From Nymphaea colorata (taxonomy: Eukaryota), in assembly GCF_008831285.2 (NCBI RefSeq), contig NC_045138.2:42160001-42224000 (forward strand): 64,000 bases of DNA, read 5' to 3'. Below are positions 1 through 12,022 of the stretch, piece after piece. A program made the translations under genes and the position numbers. Positions within the stretch are counted from its first letter, which is position 1. Every line of letters starts with the position of its first letter. The notes beneath the pieces were generated by a model. The model saw only the letters and a list, made by a program, of their open reading frames with translations, searched no databases and was not told where the DNA came from.

Positions 1-2852
1 CAAATGATGTGAAAATCAAATTTTTTTTTTTTGCAATAGATGGGAGACGTGGATGACATCCACTTTTGTCTCAAGATAGCTAAAAAAAATCAGACCTTAT
101 ATTGATTTAGATAGCTGAAAATTATGGACATTGATTCCAATAAAGGGCTTGTTTCTTAGATAGAAATGAGAAGTCCTTCATCAAATTTCAGATTTCGTAC
201 TCATGAAACCGTCAACTTCTTTGGATGGTTCTAGGATAGTTGGCATTTCAAATATATAAAATTTGACATTCTTAAACCAATTACTATAAAACATGGTCTG
301 ATTTCAACAACATACATACATTTTACGTGTGGATTCCTGAAATTAAGCAAATTTTAAAATGAAATGAAAATGATTTCATAACTTGGTACTATGAAAATCA
401 AAATGAACCGTTTTCTTAAAACCAGTTTGGAACATGTTCCAATCTGATTTTAAGAGAGGAAAGCAATTTCTAGAAATAGATTGAGCACGTATATGTATAT
501 ATATAACAAGTATACATATACGTACCTCACTTTTCAAAATGAAATTTTATCAAGGGGCCACACGACACTTGAATCATGATGATTCATGGTTGGGTTCTTT
601 TACGTGGGAGGATTGAAAACTTGTTTCAAATCTTCCATAATACCCTTGATCCATTAAATAAAGCATGAAACAACATAACTTTAAATAGAAAGAGATAAAT
701 GGATACTCAAGCTAGTTCATCCTTAATTTCGCCATGCAAAGGTGGATTATATTCATGAGAATGCATCCATCCTTAACAGGTTTTTTGGTCATATATATAT
801 TGCAGCAAGATCACTCTCTCACCGTGATATTCTCTCATGGTGGAGAGTTCGAAATGGTTTTAAGCTGGTTATTTTGAAAGGAACGTGACTTGAGGCCCTT
901 TTCAAAATTTGATACATGGGTTCATCTTTAAGAAAAACCGATGTATGCATGCATGATGCATTAACATGTACATTTAATCGTAGGTTTCCCCTAGACTGAC
1001 ATCATTTCCAGCCATGAAACAAATGAAAATAAACCCTCCCACGAATTGCTGGAATTAAAATGAACTAATGAGAAGCCAAAATAGATGAAAAATGGTTAAA
1101 ATCACCTACCTTGCGGTCGGTCTTGATACTTGATCTTCACATTCACTTGTTTTCTAAATCGAGCAATCCTAAGCAAGAATCCAAGCTTGGATTCGAGCTT
1201 AGCAAAGCTAGAAGTAGAATTGCTTGCTTGCTGGAATTTGTAGTAGGAAAGAAGGCTTCTCACCACGAAAATCCTAAGTAAGGGTCCACTCAAGCACCCT
1301 AACTTAGCAAAAACAATGGGAAAAATAAAAGAAAATGAAGAAGGAAATGGGAGAAAGGGTGAAGGAGGCTTGGACAAAATCTACTTCTCCTCCTTGGCCT
1401 CTCCCTCTTAGCTCCTTAACTGATACCCCTTCAAAAATTTCGTCCTCCTCCTTGGTGCCCAAGGGGAGGCTTATATAGAGGAGGAGGTGGGTTCAACCAC
1501 CTCCTTAACTCACCTTGGAAACTAACATAAGACCTTGGGGACTTGTAAAATAAGTTAAATAGGCTTTAAAGGCTCTAACTGACCATTTATTAGCCTATTT
1601 TCATGATCTAGGTGGGCTGGGCTAGGTTTGGTTAACATTGGTTTAGACCTAGCTGACCAACTTTGACCAAAATTTTGGACAAAAATGCCCTTGCACATGG
1701 TTTTGCCTTATTTTGTGCTATTTATTTATTTTTTTGTTTGAAATCAAGCTTGTTAGGTTAAAACCTAGTTTTTAAGCTCCAAATGCCATTGAATTATGAT
1801 AATCCAATTTAAATTTGAATAAAATTTGATCTATCAAATTTGGCTCGAAAATGGTATTTTCGTCCATAATTTGATTGAAGATGAATTTCGATTGAATCAA
1901 ACTTTCGTTTGAAAGATTGATTTTTAATTTGGTATTTGATTTATGTATTTGACAAATCCAAATGTATATTTACCTTCCATTAGCCAATTTATGTTCTGTA
2001 ATCTCAATTTGACCATATAAGGGCAAAATTGTCTAGATTGGTCAATTTCGACCAATTGACGGAAGTCAAAGCACATTTGTGAGTAGTTTGACTTTGTTTG
2101 AGGTAATTTGACAAATTTGAGCCAAGAAAGCTCTTAATTGAGCTAAATTGTACTTTGACTGAGTTTAGTCAAAGTGGGTTTGGTTCGATCAAAGTCTATT
2201 TTCGTCCACTAATTGGATCGTGAGACAGACCTAACCTTTTGTACTGTGTCGAGCCCAAGTTGACCCAGCCTAGCTGAGATTGATGACATATTTGGGTGCA
2301 CTAGAGTCAAACCTACTTGAATTAAGTAGGTTGGGTAAATTTGACCAGCCTAGTTATTGCTCCTTAAAAATTGACTCATCTTTAAAGAGGACCTACTTAA
2401 AGAAGAGAGAGAGACATAAATGTCTCACTTTTCCTAGGTTTCTCATTCATTTCTCCTTGAAAATGACTTTTCTTCAATTAATTTGAGAGTAAATATTTAT
2501 TTTATCTATTTATTTTTTTTAAATGGAGGGGGCGTGGCCCCTAGGGGGGCTATTGACCACATGGGCTATGTGGAGCCCACACATGGGTCCCACGTAGCAT
2601 TCTAGACTCAATTCTTGGATCTAAGTCAAAATTTGAATTTTGTAATTGGATTTGAATGTCAAATGACATTTGTAATTGGATTTGGACTCGTAATCCTGCA
2701 TTAGGATTTGTGTCACGGGTTAAATTCATGATTTGAATCTTAATTGTTCTTTAGATTCGAAATTGGCTTTGAAATTACAAATTTTCACAATTCTTTTGTG
2801 AAATTTTCACATTGCTTCAATTTTGATGTGGAAAAATTTGGGGTGTTAAACA
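1..2852 (-). repeat. 3' LTR of the Ogre element (partial; ~1 kb lies outside the window)
   Basis: Colinear, high-identity match to 13047-15861. Minus-strand start is TGTTTAACACCCC, directly after the PPT. Confidence 0.95.
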
Positions 2853-2868
2853 GATGCCCCTCTTTGCT
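2853..2868 (-). other. Polypurine tract (PPT) of the Ogre element
   Basis: Minus strand AGCAAAGAGGGGCATC immediately precedes the TG of the 3' LTR. Confidence 0.85.
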
Positions 2869-3907
2869 GTTAAGCAAGTTGAAGAATTTGCTTAATAGCA
2901 AAGATTTACGCACAAAATTTTTACAAATGGTTTGGAAAATCCGTTTTTCAAATGATGTTGAATCATCCTCACTCGAGGGGAAATGATAGGCATAGACCTG
3001 AAATAAGAAGATTTTCCTCTATCTCACTGGAGACCTTGTAGAGGAATTAATGTTGGTTGAAAAATTTTGCAACTGTGAAAGTTTTTGCATTTGATGCTTA
3101 GAGAACTTAGCTCTTGATGTCTTCTAGACCATTGACAAGTGTTTTTTCTCTCCTTTTACTTAGTTTTTCACCTATGCACTTTTGCTTTTGAATTTTGATT
3201 TTCTTTTTTTTGAGCCACCCTTCACTCTTGGAGAAAAATCCTCACTACCGCAAAAGCTACTACAGAGTTCCACCACTTTGGTGGTTTTGTGTAATTTGCT
3301 TTGTGCAATATCAAGTCTATCGGGCTTTCTTCTGAACCCTTGTAGCGAGCTTTGGGCCGGTAACTCCTAGACCAGTTGGCCTTAGGGTACCAAGTGTAAA
3401 ACACTCCTCGGACTTGCTTGCTCGAATTCAGAAGGCTTTAGGAGACTTAATATAAGCAAAATGTTCATGGATTGCTTTTTAGCTTCACGGTGTAAGCATA
3501 GGTCATATGCCCACCCGCACCTGCAGAGCTTTGAACCAGAGGAACAACTACACTCACCCCGAGCTCATCGCTCAACTCATTTTGCTTGATAGTTATTTCT
3601 TACATCTTGCCAAGGTCTTTTAGGTCACAAGGACTTTTTCTTGTGGCATCTCATGCTAGACCATTACAAGTGCCAATTGTTGGGACCAACTTTAATTTCT
3701 CTACATTAATCCCTCAATTTCATTGAAATTTCTTGCATATTTCAAGCCAATGCCTTTGTTGTTGTTCTCAAGACATGGGATGAGTTTGAAAATTTTGAAA
3801 ATTTTTGAAACTTTCTCTAAGGGATACTATGCCCCTTAGTTGATTTGAAAATTGGTAAGAAGGTGCTTATCAAAACACAATTGTTTTGAAATTTTTGAAT
3901 TACAAAT

Positions 3908-6900
3908 TCAAGTGTAGAATTTCTTGAGATGCAAAGCATTAATTGGAACAGAGATTTCGACCCCATCGGCATCAATCAGCCGATAAGAATTGTGAGGTAG
4001 AACCTCTTTGATGACATATGGGTCTTCCCAGTTCGGTGCCCATGTTCCTTTGGGTCTACTCCTGAGTGGAACTATAGATCTTAGTACAAGTTCATTTACC
4101 TGAAATTTTCTCTCAATGACCGATTTGGCATAATGTCGGGCGACTCTCTTGCGATAGACTTCAGCATGCTCTGCCGCTTGTAGCCTTTTCTCATCTAAAA
4201 GGTCTAATTGAGCAAGTCTCTTTTTTTGATACTTGCTAATTGGGAATTCAATGAGAGCAGCAAATTTCATTGCTGATTTTTGGACATGTAATGGAAGGAC
4301 AATTTTTGTTCCATATACTAACTCTGCTAGTGTAGCATTAGTGGGTGTCCGAATTATGGTTCAATACGCCCAAAGTGCGTTGTGCATTTTCTCGTGCCAA
4401 TCTCAGCCTGTTTCAACAGTCCTTTCTAAGACACGAATCAAAATCTTGTTGGTTGCTTCTGCCTGACCATTACCCTGAAGGTAATATGGGGCAGAAAAGT
4501 GATGTTTTATTTTGTGTTTGTGACAGAGATTGTGCACTTTCTTATTTTTAAAATGAGTACCGTTATCAGAAACGATACCTTGCGGGATGCCAAATCTACA
4601 CAAAAGATTTTTGTGGATGAAGGACACTACATGTCGCCCTTCGACTGTTTTTAAGGTGATTGTTTCGACCCATTTGGTGAAATAATCTGTAGCTGCAAGA
4701 AAATACCTGTGTCCATTTGAGGCAGGTGGATTGATTGGACCGACTACGTCGAAGGCCCACATAGAGAACGGCCAGGGTGAGCTGACCAAATGAAGGTATG
4801 TTACTGGAGCATGAATTGATGGTGCATGTAACTGACATTTGATGCATTTCTTGACAAATTGGTGACAATCCTTTTGTATTGTGGGCCAATAGCACCTTGC
4901 TCTGACTATCTGCTTGACGAGGTTCTGATACCCTACATGTCCTTCACAAATTCCTTCATGAGCTTCTTGAATGACTTCTAGTGCCTCATTTGCATCGAGA
5001 CATCTAGCATATTCTGTACTGAATCCTCTTCTGTATAAGATGTCTGCTAAAATGAAATATCTTGATGACATATGCCTCAGGGCTCTTTGCCCCTTTCGAG
5101 ACATTTCAGGTGGAAGTGTTCCTGTCCGGAGAAAATCTTTGATGTTCTGATACCATGGTGTTTCTTTGCTTTCTGCTTGTAATACTTGTTCTGGTATGAC
5201 AAGAGATGGTTGTTCGAGTCTTCCGACTTCAAAAGATCTGATAGATTCTCCAGGTTTGAAGGCAATGGTGGAGCCTAAGCTGGCCAAACTATCTGCAATC
5301 AGGTTAAATCCTCTTTTGACAAGCAAGAGTTGATATTCCTCGAATTGTCTTAAGAGGAAAGTTGCTAACTCTTGATATGAGATCAATTTCTGATCTTTTA
5401 CTTGCCAATCTCCATTGACCTGACTGACAACTAAGAGAGAATCTCCAAAAATGCGAACTCTCTGCACTTTAAATTTGAGCAGCATTTTGAGTCCTTGGAT
5501 TAGAGCCTCATACTCTGTCATATTATGTGCGCAGGAGAAATTCAATTTAAGAGATTACGGAATCATTTCCCTTTCTGGTGTACTGAAAAGTATCCCAATG
5601 CCTGCCCCAGTTGTGCTTTTAGATCCATCAAAATACATCTCCCAAATTGGCTCTGGTTCAGTCGTTAGGATTTGCTCATTTGGAAAATCATCTTCTGTTT
5701 TAATTTCTTCAGATAGAGGAAAATCTGCCAACTGATCTGCGATGGCTTGCCCCTTGATTGATTTTTGTGACACATATTCCAAATCATATTGCATTAACAA
5801 AACTTGTCACTTTGCTATCCTTCCATTCAGAAATGGTTGTTCGAGAATATATTTGAGTGGATTAACTTTGGATAAAATTTTAACTTCGCATGCCAATAGG
5901 TAATGCCTTAATTTTTGACACATCCATACCAAGGCTAAGCAAGTTTTTTTCATACTACACAAATGTCTTACTGATGTAATAAATGACATGTTCTATTCGA
6001 CATCCTTCTTCATATTGAGCCAAAAATCCACCACAGGCTGAATTGTTAACTGTGATGTAAAGAAGTAGAGGTTTCCCCAGAATTGGAGGTTTTAAAATTG
6101 GTGGACAAAGAAGATACTTCTTGATTTTTTTCGAATGAGGCTTGACATTCATGTCCCCATTCAAACTTGACTCCTTTCCGCAGTAAATGGTTGAAGGGTT
6201 CACATCTCATGGCAAGATTAGATATAAACCTTCTAATTGACTGAATTCTGCCATGCAGGTTGCGTAGCTCCTTAAGATTTGTTGATGGTGGCATTTCGAT
6301 GATCGTCTTTGCTTTGGAGGGATCCATTTCGATTCCCTTTTTGCTAACCATAAATCCTAAAAGCTAACCAGATTCCACACCAAATACACATTTTTGTGGA
6401 TTCAACCTAAGCTTATACTGTAAGAGTCTATCAAAAACTTGAAAAAGAATGTTGATGTGATTTTCCCTTGTTTTTGACTTAATTAGTAAATCATCTATAT
6501 AGGCATCCATGATTTGATGCATTTGATCATGAAAGATAGCTGCCATAGCTCTTTGATATGTTACCCCAGCGTTCTTCAAACCAAACGGCATTACCGTATA
6601 GCAAAAAGTGCCCCATGGGGTTGTAAACGATGTTTTGGCTTGATCTTGAGCAGTCAGTTTAATTTGGTTATAGCCAGAATATCCATTCATAAAGGAGAAC
6701 ATAGTGTGACCTGCAGTACTGTCTATTAACAAGTCGATGTTTGGAAGTGGATAGTCGTCCTTTGGTGTGGCTTTATTCAAATCTCTGAAATCGATGCAGA
6801 GTCAAATTTTGCTATTTTTCTTTCGGACTACCACAATATTTGCTAACCATTCAGGATAGTCGACTGTTCGGATGAACTCTGCCTTTAGTAAGTCTTCTAG

Positions 6901-7285
6901 GCCTTCCTTAACTTGCCCCTCAAGACGAGGGTCTAGTTTTCTCAACTTATGTTTGATTGGCTTGCATTCTGGTTTCAATGGTAGTCGATGCTCGACTAAT
7001 TTTGTATCGAGTCTTGGCATGTCCTCATAAGTCCATGCAAATGCTTCTTGATGCTCTTTGAGGAAGTCTATCAACTCTTTTCTTTCTTCTACTGAAAGAC
7101 TCGTTCTAATTTGCAAAATCTTTGGATTCTCTTCCGTGCCAATGTTAATTTCCTCAATTGGATCATTAATCAAAGGTGATGGTTGATCTTGCTTTCTTAT
7201 TTGGATGAATTCTGGACATTCTGCCTCAGTGAGTTCTGGATTTACCTCCTTAAAGTCTTTTGATATTTGATCCTTAGATGCCATC
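3908..7285 (-). pseudogene. Ogre pol: RT, RNase H, additional (archaeal-type) RNase H and integrase, broken by stops and frameshifts
   Basis: RT motifs LNKATPKDDYPLPNID, YTVMPFGLKNAG, AYIDDLL; RH region YYISK; aRH WEMYFDGS...GAGIGI and NMTEYEALIQGL; integrase HEGICEGH..CIKCQ, WAFDVVGP, VSDNGTHF, QGNGQAEATNK; C-terminal GTWAPNWEDPY...INALHLKKFY. Confidence 0.95.
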
Positions 7286-7462
7286 CTAAAGATTATAAAG
7301 AAGTTAGATGAGATTTGAGACTTTGTACATGGAAGTAAATTGCATATGTCATTGCATCTTTGAAGGTATTACAAAATGAAGACACTTGGTCTATTTGGAG
7401 TATAATTATAACAAAATGATAAAATGATGACTAGATGACAAAATGATAGCGAATTTATTGAT

Positions 7463-10050
7463 TCAGATTGATGGTGAACATCCGCCTATGGTGTTGCTCT
7501 TGACAAAAGGTACTGGCTTGAATACTTCCTCGGCATCCATTTTTTCATAGCTTTGGCATCCCAAGGCTTGAGTGTCTCGTTGCCCTGTCAAAATAATTGG
7601 TTCCAAGATTCCATTTTCATATTTGCCAAGGCCAGTAAATGGCTGGTAACCATGGCGTATGAGTAAATCTAATCCTTTCTCATTCTGACAGAATTTTTTG
7701 AATAACGGATGGCTTTTGTAATTTGTTTCTGGTTTGGTACCCTTTTTCACCCACATCTTTTTTTTTGGTTTCTGAATGGCCAATCTGCTAAGCCTTTGAG
7801 ATATTTCTTCTTCTTTTCAGACTCGAATACTAGGTACCTCGATTGTATTTGTTGGTACCGGAATCATTGGGTGCACAAGCCGACTCTGCCTATCCTATGC
7901 ATAGATGGTTATAGTATTCCTATTGTGAGTCCATTTGATGCACTAATGTAGCGTGGAAGGAACTGCATTGGTAGCATGGTTCTACGGTCTGCCAAGCAAT
8001 AGGTTGAATGAGGGTTCTATATCCACCACATGAAATAAAACCCGATGATACGTCTTAGAGATATTCAGATCTAGACATATATATCTTAGGCATGGTTGTC
8101 CTGTTCCGTCATATCCATGGATGAAAATCGACGACGGTGTATAGTTAGTCTGTCTTATGCCTAACTCACGAGCTGTTTGCTGTGGACAGATGTTCAGGCT
8201 TGCTCCACCATCAATTAAAACATGAGAAACTCTGGTGCCCCTTGTTTCAACCACTATGTGCAAGGCATCATTATGCGATGCACCTCCAATTGGTAGATCT
8301 TTTATCAGAGAACATGATCGGACCATTTTCACACAATTCAAATGCCCATCAATTTCCTCGGTTAGGGCTAAATCCTCCCTTCTTGACTTCGGGTAGGTGG
8401 TCTAATTCCTTGAAAATGGATTGCAGGGGTTTAGGGTCGCACACTTGTGACTTCTGAACAATCTCTGTCAGACGGTCTTGTTTAACCAGTTCGGTTTGTG
8501 CATTGACGGATCCTTTATCATATTTGAAAAGTAATCCAAACAAATATAAGGACGCTGTATCCCTTTTGTTTGTCACCATAATTTGATGATTTGTTGAAAA
8601 TCTGACCATCGAAACTACTCCTTTCCATTGTTTACGAAAAGGGTTTTTGAGAATGTCAGGTTGTTCACTGATCTCTTTGATGATTTCTTTTTCAACAACA
8701 TCTTGCACAATATTTTTAAGTACAAGGCAGTCTTCTGTGTCGTGTCCTTGGGCACGATGAAATTTGCAAAATTGCTCTTTGTTTTTCCCCATCATCGGTG
8801 GGGGGTTGGAGACTTTTGGGAGAAACAGAGTACCCCTTTTGATCAACATGTGCATGACATCTTCATAACTCTGTTGTAATGGGATGAATTTCCTATCGTA
8901 TCCCCATCTAGGATGTTTGTTTTTAGTGCCACTGTTACTGCCACTAGCTCTGTCCATGACCCCTTTATTCTTGGGATATTCTGACTTCTCTTTCTTGAAG
9001 GTGGCGGCATTGGCTACGACGTTGGCCGGAGCATTTTGGCTCCTGCTATTCTTCTTTGCATCTTCCCTAACCTTTACCGGGATGACAACATCAAAAGCTC
9101 CATTTTCAATTCCTGCTTCAATGCATTCTACCCTCTTGGTAAGATCGATGAAAGACTTGATTGGAGCATTGGAAATAAGGCTCCTTAATGGTTGTGTCAA
9201 ATTGTTTACGATGAGTCCCAACGCATGGGATTGAGAAATTGAGTCTCTCATTTTGTTGTAAGAAGACCTCTATCTTTGAATAAAATCTCTCACCTTTTCA
9301 CCTGGCCTCTGTTTCAGATAGCATAGTGTGGTAATCGTTGGTGCAGTTTCGACGTTTTGAATGAACATTTCAATGAAAAGGTTGATTAACTTGTCAAAAT
9401 TCTTCAATTCGACTGGGTTGATATGTTCTTGATACCATTGTGTGGCAATTCCTTCCAGGCTTCTTGGGAAACATTGAAAGAGGGCCCTGTGATTGTGGCA
9501 AAATTTGTAGCATTCAGCAAAGAACATGGCCAAATGTGCCTTTGGGTCTCCATGGCCATCAAATTTGATAAACTTCTTAGGCAAGTTTTTTATATGCTTG
9601 TCGTTTTCGAAGCTTTCGTAGAAATCTTCGCAGGTGAAATTTCTTTTATTCTTGCCTTTGAGTTGAACTGCGTTCAACTTCTTTTCAACTTCCTAAATTT
9701 TTGTTTTCCAAGATTTTCCCTTCTTCTTTTTCTTGGGAGTTTTTGGTTCTTTCTCACTACTAGATTCTGTTGTAGTATCTTCAAAAGAGTCGGAACTACT
9801 TGATGAATACTTTTTTGTTTTCTTTCCTTTCTTTTTGGCCTTTTCTACCTGGGCTTGTTCTTCATTGAACATAATCATGTATATCTGAAATCTTCTGTAT
9901 TCTTCAAATTCTGGATCATTCATTTCTTGCTTGGGAGGTGTTCTGAGGAGGATTCTTCTCCCTTGTCTCCCATAAAGGTTTCCTCTAGCTCCATTTCAAT
10001 CCTTCTCCTTTGTTCGCTTCTGGTTTCGACCATAAAGCGGATGTTCACCA
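7463..10050 (-). pseudogene. Ogre gag, aspartic protease and G-patch domain, fragmented
   Basis: Gag KFDGHGDPKAHL..FPRSLEGIATQWY..LKQRPGEKVRDFIQR; Cys/His knuckle FCKFHRAQGHDTEDC; protease VLIDGGASLNIC and FNLLLGRP; G-patch GLDLLIRHGYQPFTGLGKYENGILEPI (7463-7783). Confidence 0.9.
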
Positions 10051-10216
10051 TGTAAGAAGAATAATTGAAAATGTTAGGATTTGAATTGATGAGAGATGAC
10101 AAATTTTGATTGCATATTAAAAGAAAGAAGAGAATGACAAAACTTGATAAAGTTCAACACAACTTGACAAAACTTGATAAATTTTGGCTTAACAACAATG
10201 AACTAGACATGAGAAT

Positions 10217-11131
10217 CTAGGACAGAAGGATAGATGGGCGGACTTCATACCACCATTTTACATATTCAGGACCCATTCCTGGACCAAGGACAAGATAGTA
10301 GTGAGCAAATGATTCCCAACGTTGTTGGGCATAGGTGTATATCCCGAACCACTCTTCGATATCTAGTTCACATTCTACGATCACTCCTTCTGACTCAATT
10401 GGATATGCTTTCCTTTGACGCAGTGATAACTGTCTGAGGCAACGCTCTGGATGGTATTCAACTATGAAGAATGGCCCCAATAGAAGATTTCGTCTCACTA
10501 GGTTGTAGGTATATCTTGACTTGATGACTTCTCGGTCAAAGAAGTTTCAAATGATGATGGAGTCATCCACTTCCTCCATCATCCTACGGTGGTGCTCCAT
10601 ACTGGATAACTAGCCATCGGTATTCTGAAAATGACATGATTGTGGCCGCACATGTTTGTAGAACCATGCTTGTAGTGTGAAGACACATCCTTCTATCGAG
10701 TCTGCATCTCCCATTGAAAATTTGGTCAGCCCTCTATAAAAAAATGCCAAGGCTGCCATTGCTATGGATATGTGATGGACTTTGACATGCCCCCATTTTC
10801 TGAAGAGGTGAGCTATGCAAAAATCCATTATGTGTTCTTCATTGTTGAAGAAGATAAGACCCGCGATACAAGTCACCATGGAGTTTTTGTACTTGTCTGC
10901 AACACTTCTAGATAATGACGTAGGGTTGACAAATTGAGAATATGTTTCACCAAGTTCTTGTAGTTGAAGATATTGATGTCCATCTTTCTCTAGAAAAGGC
11001 CAACTCCGTTTCCCTGTGAGTTTACGAATCACTTCTAGAGTTTTGACTTGACCTTGGTTTACAAGGAACTGGTCTTCAATTGGACCACTTGGGTTACTTT
11101 TCGGTTTTGAGAAAATGCTTTCTGAGTTCAT
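10217..11131 (-). pseudogene. Ogre extra ORF1 with a plant mobile domain (PMD / aminotransferase-like), split in two fragments
   Basis: ALAFFYRGL...IEGCVFTLQAWFYKH (10610-11131) and LLGPFFIVEYHPERCLRQLSLRQ (10217-10498) resemble the PMD motifs LA.LYR.L..GC..LLQ.W and Y.P.RV.RQFG..Q. It lies upstream of gag. Confidence 0.75.
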
Positions 11132-11600
11132 CTAGACAAGAGAAAATATTAGACTTTGACATGAATTGACACAATAGAGACTCGAGAAGAGTTTTGACAT
11201 TGGGTTTGGACATGGACTTAGAGGTAAAGTAAAACATCATATGCATCCAAGCAAGCAATTAACGAGAAATTGATAATGCATTCCCTAGGACTCTTGCCTA
11301 TATGCATTGTTTTGAAAATTGATCTTGGAATCTATGGAAAATAATGGGTAAATTGTTCCTGATCCATCAAAATTTAAGGTATGCCTATATACCCAATTTA
11401 TGGTACTGGCATAGACTCCTCCAAGGGTTTTCTAGATTTGGACTCTCCAATTCTCCTTGTTCACCCATCGATATACCGGGACTATTGTCCGTTTCGGTAC
11501 TAATGGGGGGACTTCTCAGTCCAATTGGATGTTCCAGTTGTAAGGCTATATCTTGGACTAATGTCCTAGAAATAGCCTGGCAACATGATGACAGGGATAT

Positions 11601-11880
11601 GATTTCATGAACATCTTTCATTTCAATTTAACCTACCCCTCCTCAATTTAGGGATTGTATGCAGCCCATGTATGCTCTCAAATTTTCAAATCTATCTCTT
11701 AGGAATGTATGCAATAGAGCCACCTATTTTACATATTCATGAGAAGGTGCGAAATAGATGACTCTATTGCATACATTCCTAAGAGATAGATTTGAAAATT
11801 TGAGAGCATACATGGGCTGCATACAATCCCCAAATTGAGGAGGGGTAGGTTAAATTGAAATGAAAGATGTTCATGAAATC
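11601..11880. repeat. Long inverted repeat (~130-bp arms, ~15-20-nt loop)
   Basis: 11601-11719 is the reverse complement of 11762-11880 with one mismatch seen (11650). Pairing continues imperfectly to ~11733/11748. Confidence 0.97.
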
Positions 11881-12002
11881 TCCTCAATGTACACTACATG
11901 ATGCCGGTATGCATGTTTATGAAAAAATTTATGCAATTGATATCCGGTATTGTGAAATAACTTGTATATGATCCAAATAGGTCCTTAGACAAACAATGAC
12001 GG

Positions 12003-12020
12003 GTCCCACCAGGTGTGCCA
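12003..12020 (-). other. Primer-binding site of the Ogre element (probably tRNA-Arg type)
   Basis: Minus strand TGGCACACCTGGTGGGAC, 2 nt after the LTR end ...CGAACA. It resembles the Tat/Ogre PBS consensus TGGCACGCCC(A/G)GTGGGAC. Confidence 0.85.
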
Positions 12021-12022
12021 TC

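Noticed and set aside
1102..1377. ORFs repeated at 1102, 14150-14577 and 16189-16533 as a gene family
   Set aside because: They lie inside LTR copies, break differently in each copy and show no domain.
4233..10055. Plus-strand ORFs within the Ogre element as antisense genes
   Set aside because: Short shadow ORFs opposite gag/pol with no motifs.
3908..10102. Functional autonomous retrotransposon
   Set aside because: Multiple stops and frameshifts in gag, RT, RH and INT; the same applies to the Copia element and the chromovirus.
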